Numbered from the stretch's first letter, positions 49,986 to 61,041 are shown. The stretch is DNA of 64,000 bases from Candidatus Nezhaarchaeales archaeon (GCA_038887515.1 JAWAKK010000002.1:32001-96000); one strand, 5' to 3'. The notes: a model not told the origin generated them from the sequence alone. Program-made: numbers and translations.

Positions 49986-51635
49986 GTGATGGCGATGTCT
50001 GTAGCGCTACCCGTTCTAGTCCTCAAGGAAGGTACTACGAGAACCGTGGGGAGGGAAGCTTTAAGGGCCAATATATTGGCTGCAAAAATCATTGCAGAGA
50101 CGGTCAAGAGCTCCTTAGGCCCCAGAGGAATGGATAAGATGTTGGTAAGCAGCTTTGGCGACGTCACTATAACCAATGATGGTGCTACGATATTAAAGGA
50201 AATGGACATACAGCATCCTGCAGCTAAGATGATGGTTGAAGTGGCGAAGGCTCAAGATTCTGAAGTTGGCGACGGCACAACTACGGCCGTCGTCTTGGCA
50301 GGAGAGCTACTAAAGAATGCCGAAGAATTGCTTGACGAGGACATTCATCCAACGATTGTAATTGATGGTTATAGAAAGGCGTTGGAGAAGGCGTTGGAGG
50401 TGCTGGAAACCCTAGCAATCTCAGTAGACCCAACGGATAAGGAGGCGCTGACCAAAGTAGCCTTAACAACACTAAGCGGTAAGGCCTCGGTAGCTGGTTC
50501 AAAGGAGCTATTAGCCAAGTATGCTGTAGAAGCCATACTTAAAGTTGCTCAGAAGAAGGACGGTAGATGGGTTGTCGATATAGACGACGTAAAGGTCGAG
50601 AAGAAACGTGGTGAATCTTTAAACGAAACAATACTTGTTGATGGTTTAGTGATAGACAAGGAAGTAGTTCATCCAGGCATGCCGAAGCTAGTTCGTAACG
50701 CAAAGATAGCGGTCCTAGAAGCCCCACTCGAAATAGAGAAAACCGAGATAACCGCTAAGATCAATATAACGAGCCCAGAACAAATGAAGGCCTTCTTAGA
50801 TGAAGAAGTCAACGTCCTAAAGAAGATGGTTGAAAAGATAGCTTCAGTCGGAGCGAATGTCGTATTTTGCGAGAAGGGCATAGATGATGTTGCCCAGCAC
50901 TTCTTAGCCAAGAAGGGCATAATGGCTGTTAGGAGGGTTAAGAGGTCCGATATCGAGAAGATAGCTAAAGCTACCGGAGCAAGAATAGTGACGAGCATCG
51001 ACGATCTCAGCGAAAGCGACTTAGGTTATGCGGAGGAGGTTGAAGAGGTCAAGGTTGCCGATGAAAAAATGGTGTTCGTTAAGGGTTGCAAGAACCCAAG
51101 AGCAGTCTCGATACTCATTAGAGGAAGTAGCGATATGAGCATAAAAGAGGCGGAGAGGTCGCTTCACGACGCACTATGTGTTGTAAGGAACGTAGTCCAA
51201 GAACCCAAGATACTCCCCGGAGGAGGAGCCCCTGAAATAGCCCTAGCCCTAGCTCTAAGGGACTGGGCTAGGAGTCTCCCAGGTAGGGAACAACTTGCAG
51301 CTATGAAATTTGCCGATGCCTTGGAAGCCATACCGTCAATACTAGCCGAGACCGCCGGTCTAGATCCACTCGACATAATAGTTAAGCTGAGGGCTCATCA
51401 CGAGAAGGGCTTAAAGACGTATGGGGTTAACGTTCTAAAGGGCGAGATAGCGGACATGGCTCAACTGAATGTCTTCGAGCCCCTCGCTGTCAAGAGGCAA
51501 GCCCTCAAATCTGCCACCGAAGCAGCGATAATGGTGTTGAAGATAGACGATGTAATAGCTGCAGCGCCACCAAAGAAAGAGAAGGAAAAAGGAAAAGAGG
51601 GAGAGACGCCTAAACTTGGCGAGGAAGAATTTTGA
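49986..51635 (+). CDS. ths: Thermosome (group II chaperonin) subunit
   Basis: [31 protein letters not shown]. Confidence 0.97.
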   Translation: MMAMSVALPVLVLKEGTTRTVGREALRANILAAKIIAETVKSSLGPRGMDKMLVSSFGDVTITNDGATILKEMDIQHPAAKMMVEVAKAQDSEVGDGTTTAVVLAGELLKNAEELLDEDIHPTIVIDGYRKALEKALEVLETLAISVDPTDKEALTKVALTTLSGKASVAGSKELLAKYAVEAILKVAQKKDGRWVVDIDDVKVEKKRGESLNETILVDGLVIDKEVVHPGMPKLVRNAKIAVLEAPLEIEKTEITAKINITSPEQMKAFLDEEVNVLKKMVEKIASVGANVVFCEKGIDDVAQHFLAKKGIMAVRRVKRSDIEKIAKATGARIVTSIDDLSESDLGYAEEVEEVKVADEKMVFVKGCKNPRAVSILIRGSSDMSIKEAERSLHDALCVVRNVVQEPKILPGGGAPEIALALALRDWARSLPGREQLAAMKFADALEAIPSILAETAGLDPLDIIVKLRAHHEKGLKTYGVNVLKGEIADMAQLNVFEPLAVKRQALKSATEAAIMVLKIDDVIAAAPPKKEKEKGKEGETPKLGEEEF

Positions 51636-51904
51636 CGCCCAAAAGTACTAAAAGGATAAAGGCTGAAGAAGTTAAGGTATGGTTACCAAGGCTTACGAAG
51701 TACGAGCGCGCCAGAATAATCGGTGCAAGAGCGCTGCAGATTGCTATGGGTGCGCCGGTACTCATAGACCTCTCTTCAATTCCCGAAAAGGACCCCGTAA
51801 AGATAGCGATGAAGGAGTTGGAGCTTGGCGTCCTACCAATAACAATAAGAAGAAAGCTACCGAGCGGGCATTATCAGGACATACCCCTAAAATGGCTTCT
51901 TTAA
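51632..51904 (+). CDS. rpo6: RNA polymerase subunit Rpo6 (K)
   Basis: [22 protein letters not shown]. Confidence 0.96.
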   Translation: MTPKSTKRIKAEEVKVWLPRLTKYERARIIGARALQIAMGAPVLIDLSSIPEKDPVKIAMKELELGVLPITIRRKLPSGHYQDIPLKWLL

Positions 51905-51957
51905 CCATCTATACATAAATTCATATCTTTCTTTTAGGGAAAGTAGTAGAGAAGAGC

Positions 51958-53004
51958 TTAGACAGTTATTTTCTCGCGATGCCTAATTATTAGTGACGCT
52001 ACTTTTTGCGGCGGTAGTTCTGCGAGCTTTGAAAGCAGTATGGCCCTTACGTCTTTGAGTTCTACGTACTTCAAATTTATGTAGGCATAAAACAGACCGA
52101 GCGTAAATGGGTAGTGCAGGAAGACTGTCTCATTCTCCTTGACCCAAAGCGACTGTAAAGCCCTTTCAATCTCTATAGCGTCCTTGGCTAGAGAGGATAA
52201 AGCCTTTCCATAGTAAGTTGAGGACAATACTTGAAGTATTGAAGCTAGCGACTGTGAGGTTAGGTCTTTCAGGTTAAATGGGAGTTTATAGCAGAAGGGG
52301 AGCAACATTTTTTCGATTACTGATGGCTGAAGCCCTAAAGCCTTCCCTCGCACTAAAACTAGTATATTCTTTATGTCCGCTTCGACGCCTAGAAGGTGTG
52401 CTACCCATTTACGATCTATCATTTTTAGTTTGCCAGCTAGCTTCCAAAGCTTCGTGAACAGTAAGTTATCTACGGCTGTTTCGAATGGAAGAGGGTTCTT
52501 AAGGGCTTCCGCTTGTTTTGACGCCTCTTTTAGGGGCAGCTTTAGTTCAACATCCGGGATCAGATCTATTGCTTGATCAACACCCTTAGTAGATAATAGA
52601 GAAGCATAGAGTGGGCCAGAATATCTTCCTAGCGGTGGCGCTACTAATGATATTTCACCTTCAGATAAACCCAAGAACTTTGCTTTGAGTAGTGCCTTAA
52701 GGGTCTCGTACTCGTACTTATTGAAAGTAGTTTCAAGAAATGCTCTCGAATTACCTTTTAAAGTCTTGATTAGGACTTGAAATATCTCTGCGAACTTGTT
52801 AAGCAGGTGCCGCTCGATGTCATGGGGGGATTCTGTTTGAGGAATTTCTCTTGCAAGGTCGCTAACCGATCGAAGATGGGTTAGCGCTTGATGGATCGTG
52901 GGGGCCCTGAGTAAGGCTTCGTAGTCATCAGGCTTTAACATGAAGGCTCTCTTAGCCCTTAATCTTGCGACACCGTAGGCGTACTCGGAAACGCTCATCA
53001 TCAA
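51958..53004 (-). CDS. atpC: A/V-type ATP synthase subunit C (AC39 family)
   Basis: YAYGVARLRA, EADIKNI, STYYG, ELKDVRAI. Confidence 0.85.
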   Translation of the reverse strand: MMMSVSEYAYGVARLRAKRAFMLKPDDYEALLRAPTIHQALTHLRSVSDLAREIPQTESPHDIERHLLNKFAEIFQVLIKTLKGNSRAFLETTFNKYEYETLKALLKAKFLGLSEGEISLVAPPLGRYSGPLYASLLSTKGVDQAIDLIPDVELKLPLKEASKQAEALKNPLPFETAVDNLLFTKLWKLAGKLKMIDRKWVAHLLGVEADIKNILVLVRGKALGLQPSVIEKMLLPFCYKLPFNLKDLTSQSLASILQVLSSTYYGKALSSLAKDAIEIERALQSLWVKENETVFLHYPFTLGLFYAYINLKYVELKDVRAILLSKLAELPPQKVASLIIRHREKITV

Positions 53005-53037
53005 ACCTCCGATAGTCTAAACAATTAGATTATAGCT

Positions 53038-53904
53038 TTAGTTGTCCGATAAGTTTAATGCTTTTATGAGGTCCACTATACCTACACGTTCCTTTGCGCT
53101 CGTGAGCACGATCTTCGCCCTCGGATTGATTTCCCTAACATCACCTATTAACGACTGTACGTCCACGTTAAATATCTTCGCCACATCTATCTTGTTTATA
53201 ACTACTACATCGACGTCCTTAAATGAAAGCGGATGTTTAACCACCATGTCCTCTCCTTCGCTAACGCTGACGACCACCACTCTCTTATGCGCTCCTAATG
53301 GAAAGTCTGCAGGACAAATTAAGTTGCCAACGTTCTCTATGAATAGAAGGTCTATGTTTTTAAGATCTAGGAGCTGAAGAGCTCTCCGCACCAACTGAGA
53401 GTCGAGGTGGCATTCTTTTCCTGTGTTTATTTGGATAGCCTTTGCTCCGTGCCTAGATATCCTCTCTGCGTCTATCGAAGTAGCTACGTCGCCGACTATC
53501 ACCGCTATCCTGTACCTGTCTTTTAACGAGTCTATGAGAGCTTCTATTATTGAAGTTTTCCCTGCGCCCAGGGAGCCCATGAAGTCTATGGCTTTAACCC
53601 CATACTGGTCCAAGAGCTTTCTATTCTCAAGAGCTAATTTTCTATTGAGGGCTAAGAGATCCTGTTCGACCTCAATGTCCATGATTTCTCCTTGTGTTGG
53701 CTTTATCGGTTCGCTTTCTATGACGGATAGATTCTCCAAAGTCGATATCGCCCTACTTATGAAGAAGAGAGCGACGTCCAACCTAGAAGCTAGGGGGAGA
53801 CCTTTCGAAACTGCAAGCTCCTTTATTAATGAAACTTTCTTGGAGGCTTCATTTAAAGAGTTCTTGACACTCTCTATAGATTCTGAGACGTCATTGATGT
53901 ACAT
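53038..53904 (-). CDS. hypB: Hydrogenase nickel-incorporation GTPase with N-terminal extension
   Basis: GSLGAGKTS, GKECHLD, ENVGNLICPA, EGED...KHP, NKID. Confidence 0.93.
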   Translation of the reverse strand: MYINDVSESIESVKNSLNEASKKVSLIKELAVSKGLPLASRLDVALFFISRAISTLENLSVIESEPIKPTQGEIMDIEVEQDLLALNRKLALENRKLLDQYGVKAIDFMGSLGAGKTSIIEALIDSLKDRYRIAVIVGDVATSIDAERISRHGAKAIQINTGKECHLDSQLVRRALQLLDLKNIDLLFIENVGNLICPADFPLGAHKRVVVVSVSEGEDMVVKHPLSFKDVDVVVINKIDVAKIFNVDVQSLIGDVREINPRAKIVLTSAKERVGIVDLIKALNLSDN

Positions 53905-53914
53905 GTAGCATCAC

Positions 53915-55150
53915 TTAGACGTCAATTAGCTTAACTTTAACTGTAGAGCCCTCCTCTACAAAGTTTACGTCTTCTGGTATCTCGATGTACCCGTCTGCTT
54001 CGACAAACGTAGTTGTAGCTTCTGAGCCCTTAAGTATTGGTTGAGCTAAAACCTTGTCGCCTACGTTTATCAGCTTGACGTACACGATTTCCCTCCTACC
54101 CTCAAGATTCAATAGTTTGCGGGTAAGTACAGCGTTTATGGTAAGTTCCCTCTGTTCGGCGCCGAAAATGCACTTTAGGATCCAAGGTTTAATTAGAACT
54201 TCAAGAACCGTAAATGCTGATGTAGGGTTCCCAGGAAGCCCAATTACAGGTTTCCCCTCTATTACTGCTATGATCGTCGGCTTACCAGGCTTCAAGGAGA
54301 TGCCGTGAAATAGTATTTTGCCCATCCTCTCTTTTAGTATTTCAATTAAAGTATTATGTAATAGATCTCCTTCTCCTTTTGATGTACCCCCTGAAATGAA
54401 TATGAGGTCACTATTCTTTAAGGATTCAATCACTGCTTTTTTTAAGGTCTCGACCGCATCATCCAATATTCCTAAGATTTCAGGTTCTAAGCCCAACTGC
54501 CCAATTAAGTAGGAGTATATCATGTAGTTGTTGATGTCGTAGATCTTACCCTCTACAAGAGACTTGCCCACTTCGACAAGCTCCGGGCCTGTCGATATAA
54601 TCATGGCCTTAGGTCTCTCGTATACCTTGACGTTGCCGCGACCGATGGCTGCCAGAAGCGCTATCTCCCCTACACCTATTCGTGTACCCCTTCTCAGCAC
54701 CAGTAAGTGTTTGGGAATGTCGGAACCGCGGCGTACTACGTTCTCGCTGGGTGGAACCGCTTTGTATATGTACACCGTACCACCTTCTCGGTACGTGTTT
54801 TCAACCATCACTACAGCGTCCGATCCTTCTGGTAGGGGGGCCCCTGTAGGTATGTACGCACATTCATTGTCAAGTATTCGAAAGCGGGGAATTTCACCTA
54901 TCTTTACATAACCTTTCAGCCTAAGTTTTACAGGATTACTTTCCGAAGCAGTGAAGGTGTCCTTTGCCCTTACTGCATAGCCATCTCTACTACTCTTATC
55001 GAAAGGCGGTAACTCTATGTCGCTTACAACGTCCTCTGCTAAGAACCTTCCGATAGACTTCAATATGCTTACATCTTCTATACGAAGTGGAACCTTGACA
55101 CCTTCAAGTCTTTGAAGTGCCTCCTCTAATGTTATGAGCTTCAAAGTCAC
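53915..55150 (-). CDS. moeA: Molybdopterin molybdenumtransferase MoeA
   Basis: SSRDGYAV, STGPEL, SGGTS, LKPGKP, LPGNP. Confidence 0.94.
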   Translation of the reverse strand: MTLKLITLEEALQRLEGVKVPLRIEDVSILKSIGRFLAEDVVSDIELPPFDKSSRDGYAVRAKDTFTASESNPVKLRLKGYVKIGEIPRFRILDNECAYIPTGAPLPEGSDAVVMVENTYREGGTVYIYKAVPPSENVVRRGSDIPKHLLVLRRGTRIGVGEIALLAAIGRGNVKVYERPKAMIISTGPELVEVGKSLVEGKIYDINNYMIYSYLIGQLGLEPEILGILDDAVETLKKAVIESLKNSDLIFISGGTSKGEGDLLHNTLIEILKERMGKILFHGISLKPGKPTIIAVIEGKPVIGLPGNPTSAFTVLEVLIKPWILKCIFGAEQRELTINAVLTRKLLNLEGRREIVYVKLINVGDKVLAQPILKGSEATTTFVEADGYIEIPEDVNFVEEGSTVKVKLIDV

Positions 55151-56376
55151 GTCACCAACAGGTGAACTTCCACCTCTTCGCCTTCATTCAAAGAGTCTAC
55201 ATCCTCTGGTACTACTATGTATCCTTGAGCGCCGCATAGAGATGAAATTATGCTAGATCCTCCACTAGCTATTGGTTCAGCCTCTAACTCGCCGTTGGAC
55301 TCCCTTAGCTGAACTCTAACATAAACTCTCCTTCCAACTTCAGCCGGTATCCTCCTCTTTAATCGAGCTTTAACTTTGCATTTAATTGTCCTCTTTAAAT
55401 TGTACATGCGCTCTATGAGTGGTGCAACTATCTCTATAAAGGAGAAGAAGCAGGCTACAGGGGGCCCAGGTAGGCAGAAAACTGGCTTACCTTTTACATT
55501 AAAAGCTGCAACGGGCATCCCAGGCTTCATTGCTACGCCATGGAAAAGCACATCTCCTTCTCTTGATAGCGTACGAGGTATTATATCCGTAGGTCCTACC
55601 GATGAACCTCCGATGAATATTATGACGTCAGAGCTCTTGAGACCATACCGGAGAGCTCCAAGTACTTCTACATCTGAGGAAGGGATGGGCGACTTAGGAT
55701 AGATGAGTGGGTGAGAGAAGAACTTCTTTACTAGCCCGTATACTATGTAGCTTGAAGAGTCGTATATAGCATAATTGCTTAAATGGTCTCCAGGTCTTAT
55801 GACCTCTTCTCCACTGCTTACTATCAAAACCTTTATCCTTTCGTAGACTGGGATTTTCGTTAACCCGCAAGAGGCAGCGATTCCCATGTGCTGAGGGGTA
55901 ATAACCTCGCCTCTCTCGACTATGACGTCGCCCTTCTTCACGTCCTCGCCTTTAACTGATACGTTTTTTAGTGGTGGTATAGGCTCTTCGACTTCGATGA
56001 AGCCATTGCGCTCTAAAGCCGCTTCCAACATCACGACCGAGTCGAAGCCTTCAGGTATAGGTTGTCCAGTCGTCACCCTAATTGCGATAGGTTCCTGAAC
56101 GTTCCCTAATGATGCCTCATACTCTTTCATAACCCTAAACTTCTTGGGGTTAGAGCGAGAGGCACTAAAAGTCATCTCGGCTTTAATGGCGAAGCCGTCA
56201 ACAGCTGATCTATTAAAAGGAGGCACATCTATTGGTGCTACTACGTCAGATGATGCAATCCTTCCGTAAGATAGTTCTAGTGGCAAGTTCACGCTCGATG
56301 GTTCTAAGTTCTTAAAGCTCTCCAACAAAATTGACACAGCTTCAGGGACTCTTATAAGTTTCTTAAAGCCTCGCAT
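55147..56376 (-). CDS. moeA: Molybdopterin molybdenumtransferase MoeA paralog
   Basis: SAVDGFA, SSGEEV, GGSSVG, MKPGMP, LPGPP. Confidence 0.94.
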   Translation of the reverse strand: MRGFKKLIRVPEAVSILLESFKNLEPSSVNLPLELSYGRIASSDVVAPIDVPPFNRSAVDGFAIKAEMTFSASRSNPKKFRVMKEYEASLGNVQEPIAIRVTTGQPIPEGFDSVVMLEAALERNGFIEVEEPIPPLKNVSVKGEDVKKGDVIVERGEVITPQHMGIAASCGLTKIPVYERIKVLIVSSGEEVIRPGDHLSNYAIYDSSSYIVYGLVKKFFSHPLIYPKSPIPSSDVEVLGALRYGLKSSDVIIFIGGSSVGPTDIIPRTLSREGDVLFHGVAMKPGMPVAAFNVKGKPVFCLPGPPVACFFSFIEIVAPLIERMYNLKRTIKCKVKARLKRRIPAEVGRRVYVRVQLRESNGELEAEPIASGGSSIISSLCGAQGYIVVPEDVDSLNEGEEVEVHLLVT

Positions 56377-56438
56377 GCTTATACCCTGTCGAGACTTCTA
56401 AAGTTTAAATAAACTTGTTATAAATAAAGTACCTACTT

Positions 56439-56990
56439 ATGAAAATAATTGTTGCAATAACTGGCGCTAGTGGAGTAGTATATGGCGTAAGGTTAATAGA
56501 AGAGCTTCACAAAAGAGGGCACGAAGTTCACGTAATAGTTACTAAAGCTGGGGGCTTAGTTTTAAAGCATGAAGTAGGGATCGACTTGCAGGGACTTAAG
56601 GACTTCTGCCGTAAAATTTACAGTGAAGGGGAAATAGAGGCCCCTATGTCGAGCGGTTCATCTCGCTTCGACGCAATGGTGATAGCTCCTTGTAGCATGA
56701 AAACCCTCGCCTCAATAGCAAGCGGAATTTCTAGCAACCTCGTCACGAGGGCCGCAGACGTTATTTTAAAGGAAAGAAAGAAACTGATACTAATTATAAG
56801 GGAAACCCCCCTTAATAGGGTCCACATATTAAATATGTTGAGGGTAAACGACATGGGGGGTATTGTTCTTCCAGCATGCCCGGCTTTCTACCACAAGCCT
56901 ACACGCATCGACGACCTTGTTAACTATGTAGTTGGAAAGACTTTAGACCAACTTGGATTAGAGCACGACTTATTCTCACGGTGGGGTTGA
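56439..56990 (+). CDS. ubiX: Flavin prenyltransferase
   Basis: [28 protein letters not shown]. Confidence 0.95.
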   Translation: MKIIVAITGASGVVYGVRLIEELHKRGHEVHVIVTKAGGLVLKHEVGIDLQGLKDFCRKIYSEGEIEAPMSSGSSRFDAMVIAPCSMKTLASIASGISSNLVTRAADVILKERKKLILIIRETPLNRVHILNMLRVNDMGGIVLPACPAFYHKPTRIDDLVNYVVGKTLDQLGLEHDLFSRWG

Positions 56991-57098
56991 ACGTGACAGT
57001 AACATTTTTTCAGTACTGCCTAAGGATCCGCCAATATTTTAAATCCTTCTCGTCAGTAAGAGATCTACTTGAAACTGTTGTGAGGGGCTCATTTAATT

Positions 57099-57356
57099 AT
57101 GGCTAGAGTTAAGCTATACGTTTCTCCTCAATGCCCTCGATGTGAAGTACTTAAGAAGGCTCTAAGTGAGATGGGAGTGGACTACGAAGTGCTCGACGTA
57201 TCAAGGAGCGACGTAATGGCCGACTTGATAATGAAAGACGTATTCTTGACGGAGACCCCCGGACTTGAGGTCGACGGCAAGTTCTTCTACGCAGTGGATC
57301 TCTTTAATGGTGATAAGTTACTCCTTGATAAGTTGCGTAAAGTAGTTAGGGGATGA
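57099..57356 (+). CDS. Glutaredoxin-like NrdH redoxin
   Basis: CPRC active site, ETP cis-Pro loop; ends 3 nt before nrdD. Confidence 0.85.
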   Translation: MARVKLYVSPQCPRCEVLKKALSEMGVDYEVLDVSRSDVMADLIMKDVFLTETPGLEVDGKFFYAVDLFNGDKLLLDKLRKVVRG

Positions 57357-57359
57357 TTT

Positions 57360-59642
57360 ATGGCGTCAAGGAGGAACAATAAGAAGCCAAATTTTATGTC
57401 CAAGCAAGCTTCTCTCGAAGCATGGCTTAAAGCAGTCTCGCACTACGTTGCTGGTAAGCCCCTAGTTAGGACAACTGATGGATACATGGTTCCTTGGAAT
57501 AGAGGTGCAATAGTTAAGCAATTATTAAGAGAAACTAAGTTGGCTGAAGAGTTCTTCGATATCCCGCCCATGAGCACTGAAGAGGCTGAAGAAATAGCTC
57601 GTGAAGTCGAGAAGAAAATCCTTGAAATGAAAGCAAAATTCGTTAGTGGAGCCTTAATAAGGGAACTTGTCAACAACGTTTTACTCGAAAAATCAGAAAA
57701 TCACCCTGAATACATCATATACAGAAACATCCTAACTAGGGTAGGCGCTCCAGTCTACGACGCTTACCTCATAGATTTGGGTCTCGGTTTTGAGGCTAAA
57801 GAAAATGCTAACCTACAACCTAACGCCGAGACTGCGCATAAGAAAAAAGCTGATAAATTATCTAAAGAAGAGTACTTATTGCTCTTACATCCGAAGGTCG
57901 GCGACGCTCACCTCAAAGGCGACATTCATATACACGATCTCGAGTACTTCGGCGTAAGACCGTTTTGCCAGGACTGGGACCTTAGATACTTCTTCTATTA
58001 CGGGCTTATGCCCGATGGTACTGGCTTTAAGACGAGCGTTGCTGGTCCAGCTATGCACCCCGAAGTGGCAATACTTCACAGTGTGAAAGTGCTTGCAGCG
58101 GCTCAAACGAACTTTGCTGGGGGGCAAGGATTCTACAACTACAACGTCTTCATAGCCCCCTTCTTGAGGGGCTTAAGCTATAAACAGATTAAACAGCTCG
58201 CGCAAATGATGTTTTACGAGCTAACGCAAGCCTATGTAGCTAGAGGAGGGCAATTAGTCTTTTCAAACATTCAGCTAACGCCGACAGTCCCTGAAATCTG
58301 GAAGGACAAGCCTGTAGTCCTACGAGGTATGGTGGGGCCAGAGACTTACGGAGACTACGAGGAGGAAGCTAGGTTATTCTTTAAAGCGATATATGAAATA
58401 GCGTTAAAGGGGGACTATTGGGGTAAACCCTTCAATTTTCCAAAGCTAGAGGGCTACCTTACACCTGAGAGCCTTAAAGATGAGTTCTATGAAGAGTGGC
58501 TTTTAGTTCACAAGGTAGTTGCCAAATATGGGACCCCTTACTTTGACAATGCGATCCCGCCCTATCGAGGATATGGGAAAGGCGTTTCATGCTATCAATG
58601 TTGTGCTTACACGTTTACCGAGACCCCTGAAACGGACCCAGAATTCTACGATAAGATGAACTTTGTTGATGGAAAGCACTTCAGCATGGGTGCATGGCAG
58701 GTAGTAACTGTAAACCTACCTAGGCTCGCTTATCAAGCTAATGGAGACGACGACAAGTTATTGGAAAAAGCCTTCGAAATTATGGATCTATGCATAGAAG
58801 TGTTTAAGGCTAAAAAAAGATGGATGGACAACATGATCCAATACAATAAACTCCCCTTCGCCACTCAAAGACCTTTCGACCTCAGGACTGGTAGAAGGGG
58901 ACCTCCAGCAGTAGACTTCGACGAACTCGTATATACCATAGGCATAGTTGGCGGAAATGAGATGGCGCAGTGGCATACAGGATATCAGCTACACGAACAT
59001 GAAACAGCCGTAAGGCTACTAGTTAAGGTGCTCATAGAGATGAAGAAATACAAGGACGAACTTGAAAGGAAGCACGATGTAAAGCTAGCCCTCGCTAGAA
59101 CTCCGGCTGAAAGTTGTGCCCAACGCTTAGCGGTTAGCGATTTATTATCGCCCCAATATAGAGATAAAGCCCTACGCGTTGTCAAGGGTGATGTGGAGAC
59201 CGCACTGAAACTACTGAAAGAAGGGATTAGAGATGTTCCAATATACTACACAAATGGAACCCATATCTATGTAGGTGCTCCAGTAACCTTAGCAGAGAAA
59301 ATGAGCATAGAACATAAGTTCTTCCCGCTATTAAGTGGAGGTAACATATTCCACGTATGGATGGGAGAAGCATATCCAGACCCAGAGGCTCTACTCAAGC
59401 TTTCATGGAAGATAGCTTTGAATACGCAGATAGGTTACTTCGCCTATACTAAGGATCTAACGATATGTGAAGACTGCGCTAGTGTAAGTGGAGGGCTCCT
59501 CGATGTTTGCCCTCAATGTAACTCACCTAATGTTAGGTATTGGAGCAGGGTAACCGGGTACTACCAGGAAGTCTCTGGATGGAATGAAGCTAAAAAAAGA
59601 GAGCTGAGAGACAGGCATAGAATCGGTATTTTATCGATTTAA
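57360..59642 (+). CDS. nrdD: Anaerobic (class III) ribonucleoside-triphosphate reductase
   Basis: ATP cone, IHIHDL, YQCCAY, TPAES, YTNGTH, CEDC/CPQC, glycyl motif RVTGY. Confidence 0.96.
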   Translation: MASRRNNKKPNFMSKQASLEAWLKAVSHYVAGKPLVRTTDGYMVPWNRGAIVKQLLRETKLAEEFFDIPPMSTEEAEEIAREVEKKILEMKAKFVSGALIRELVNNVLLEKSENHPEYIIYRNILTRVGAPVYDAYLIDLGLGFEAKENANLQPNAETAHKKKADKLSKEEYLLLLHPKVGDAHLKGDIHIHDLEYFGVRPFCQDWDLRYFFYYGLMPDGTGFKTSVAGPAMHPEVAILHSVKVLAAAQTNFAGGQGFYNYNVFIAPFLRGLSYKQIKQLAQMMFYELTQAYVARGGQLVFSNIQLTPTVPEIWKDKPVVLRGMVGPETYGDYEEEARLFFKAIYEIALKGDYWGKPFNFPKLEGYLTPESLKDEFYEEWLLVHKVVAKYGTPYFDNAIPPYRGYGKGVSCYQCCAYTFTETPETDPEFYDKMNFVDGKHFSMGAWQVVTVNLPRLAYQANGDDDKLLEKAFEIMDLCIEVFKAKKRWMDNMIQYNKLPFATQRPFDLRTGRRGPPAVDFDELVYTIGIVGGNEMAQWHTGYQLHEHETAVRLLVKVLIEMKKYKDELERKHDVKLALARTPAESCAQRLAVSDLLSPQYRDKALRVVKGDVETALKLLKEGIRDVPIYYTNGTHIYVGAPVTLAEKMSIEHKFFPLLSGGNIFHVWMGEAYPDPEALLKLSWKIALNTQIGYFAYTKDLTICEDCASVSGGLLDVCPQCNSPNVRYWSRVTGYYQEVSGWNEAKKRELRDRHRIGILSI

Positions 59643-59653
59643 CAAAACTTCCT

Positions 59654-60055
59654 TTACTCCATGTACTTCATTATTAAGTGTTCTATGCGTCTTTCAGGCA
59701 CTAAGCCAACTACGCGCTCCATTTCGTTACCGTTTACGAACAATACTAGCGTTGGTATTGCCATTATCTCAAACTCCTCGGCGAGGTCTGGACACTCATC
59801 GACGTTGACCTTGGCGAAGATTACTTTGCCTGAATATTTTTCAGCTAACTTATCAATTATCGGAGATAAAAGACGGCAGGGTGCACACCACTCAGCCCAG
59901 AAGTCAACGAGCACGGGTCTAGCTTCGCTCCTTATGAGATCTTTAAAGGTTGCGGAGTTTAAGTGTAAAACTTTGCCTTCATGAGCTTTTTTCTCTAAAA
60001 ATTTCATTTTTTCCTCTTTTATCCTCTCAAGCTCTTCGTCGAATTCGTAATTCAT
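59654..60055 (-). CDS. trxA: Thioredoxin
   Basis: DFWAEWCAPC, AIPT. Confidence 0.95.
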   Translation of the reverse strand: MNYEFDEELERIKEEKMKFLEKKAHEGKVLHLNSATFKDLIRSEARPVLVDFWAEWCAPCRLLSPIIDKLAEKYSGKVIFAKVNVDECPDLAEEFEIMAIPTLVLFVNGNEMERVVGLVPERRIEHLIMKYME

Positions 60056-60150
60056 TTTTTCTCCATGGGAGGAGTCGTGGAACTCATTATTCAGTTTTTC
60101 GCAGGATTTATTATTGAAGAAGGGGTTGCTCTTATGGGGGTTTAAGAGGC

Positions 60151-61041
60151 TTGAAGCTAGCCGTCGTCCATGACAGTAAGAGACCCGATCTCCCCTCTAG
60201 AGAGCTATTGGATGTAATTAAGAAGAAGGGTCTAACTCCACTGTTTTTGAGAATCTCAAGCTTATCGACTTCAATAAACGGTGAACAAGCTATCTTTTAT
60301 GGTAAACAAAAATTATCAGACATCGATGGAGCCATCGTTAGATCTATAGGTTCGACAATAAGTGTTGAACAATACGTTCGCAGAATAACGCTATTAAAGG
60401 AGATCGAACGGATGGGCGTAGTAGTTATGAACCCAGTTGAGGGAATGGTTAAGGCACGCGACAAGTACAACGCTCTCAGCATCCTTTCGAGTGCAGGAAT
60501 ACGCGTTCCCAGGACTATAGTAACAGAAGATATAGGGCTCGCTTACGATTTTGTCAGCAAAATTGGTAAAGCAGTTATAAAACCCCTCATGGGGTCCAGA
60601 GGTTATGGATCTGTGCTTGTCGAAGACCCAGAGGTAGCCTTTAGAATCTTTAAGACCTTGGCGAGTTTTAATCAAGTTATTTACGCTCAAGAATACATAG
60701 ACAAAAGCTCCTACGATGTGAGAATATTCGTTGTGGATGGGGAGGTCCTAGCATCTATAAAGAGATTTATTGCAAGACCGGGTGAGTGGCGTACAAACAT
60801 AGCTCAGGGAGGAAGGGCTAAAGCGTATAGCCCGCCTGAAGAACTTAGAGAGGTGGCCATAAAAGCATGTGAGGTTCTTGGTCTATGGTATGCAGGGGTT
60901 GACGTAGCTGAAACCGATAACGGCGGATACGTCATATTTGAGGTCAACGCTGCTCCCGATTGGCAAGGACTCTCAGAAGCAACAGGTGTTAAGCCCCCCG
61001 AAGCAATAGTAGACCTGATAATAAGAAAATGCAAGCATTAA
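60151..61041 (+). CDS. RimK-family ATP-grasp ligase
   Basis: ARDK, KPLMGSRG, QEYI, DVRIFV, WRTNIAQGG, FEVN. Confidence 0.9.
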   Translation: MKLAVVHDSKRPDLPSRELLDVIKKKGLTPLFLRISSLSTSINGEQAIFYGKQKLSDIDGAIVRSIGSTISVEQYVRRITLLKEIERMGVVVMNPVEGMVKARDKYNALSILSSAGIRVPRTIVTEDIGLAYDFVSKIGKAVIKPLMGSRGYGSVLVEDPEVAFRIFKTLASFNQVIYAQEYIDKSSYDVRIFVVDGEVLASIKRFIARPGEWRTNIAQGGRAKAYSPPEELREVAIKACEVLGLWYAGVDVAETDNGGYVIFEVNAAPDWQGLSEATGVKPPEAIVDLIIRKCKH

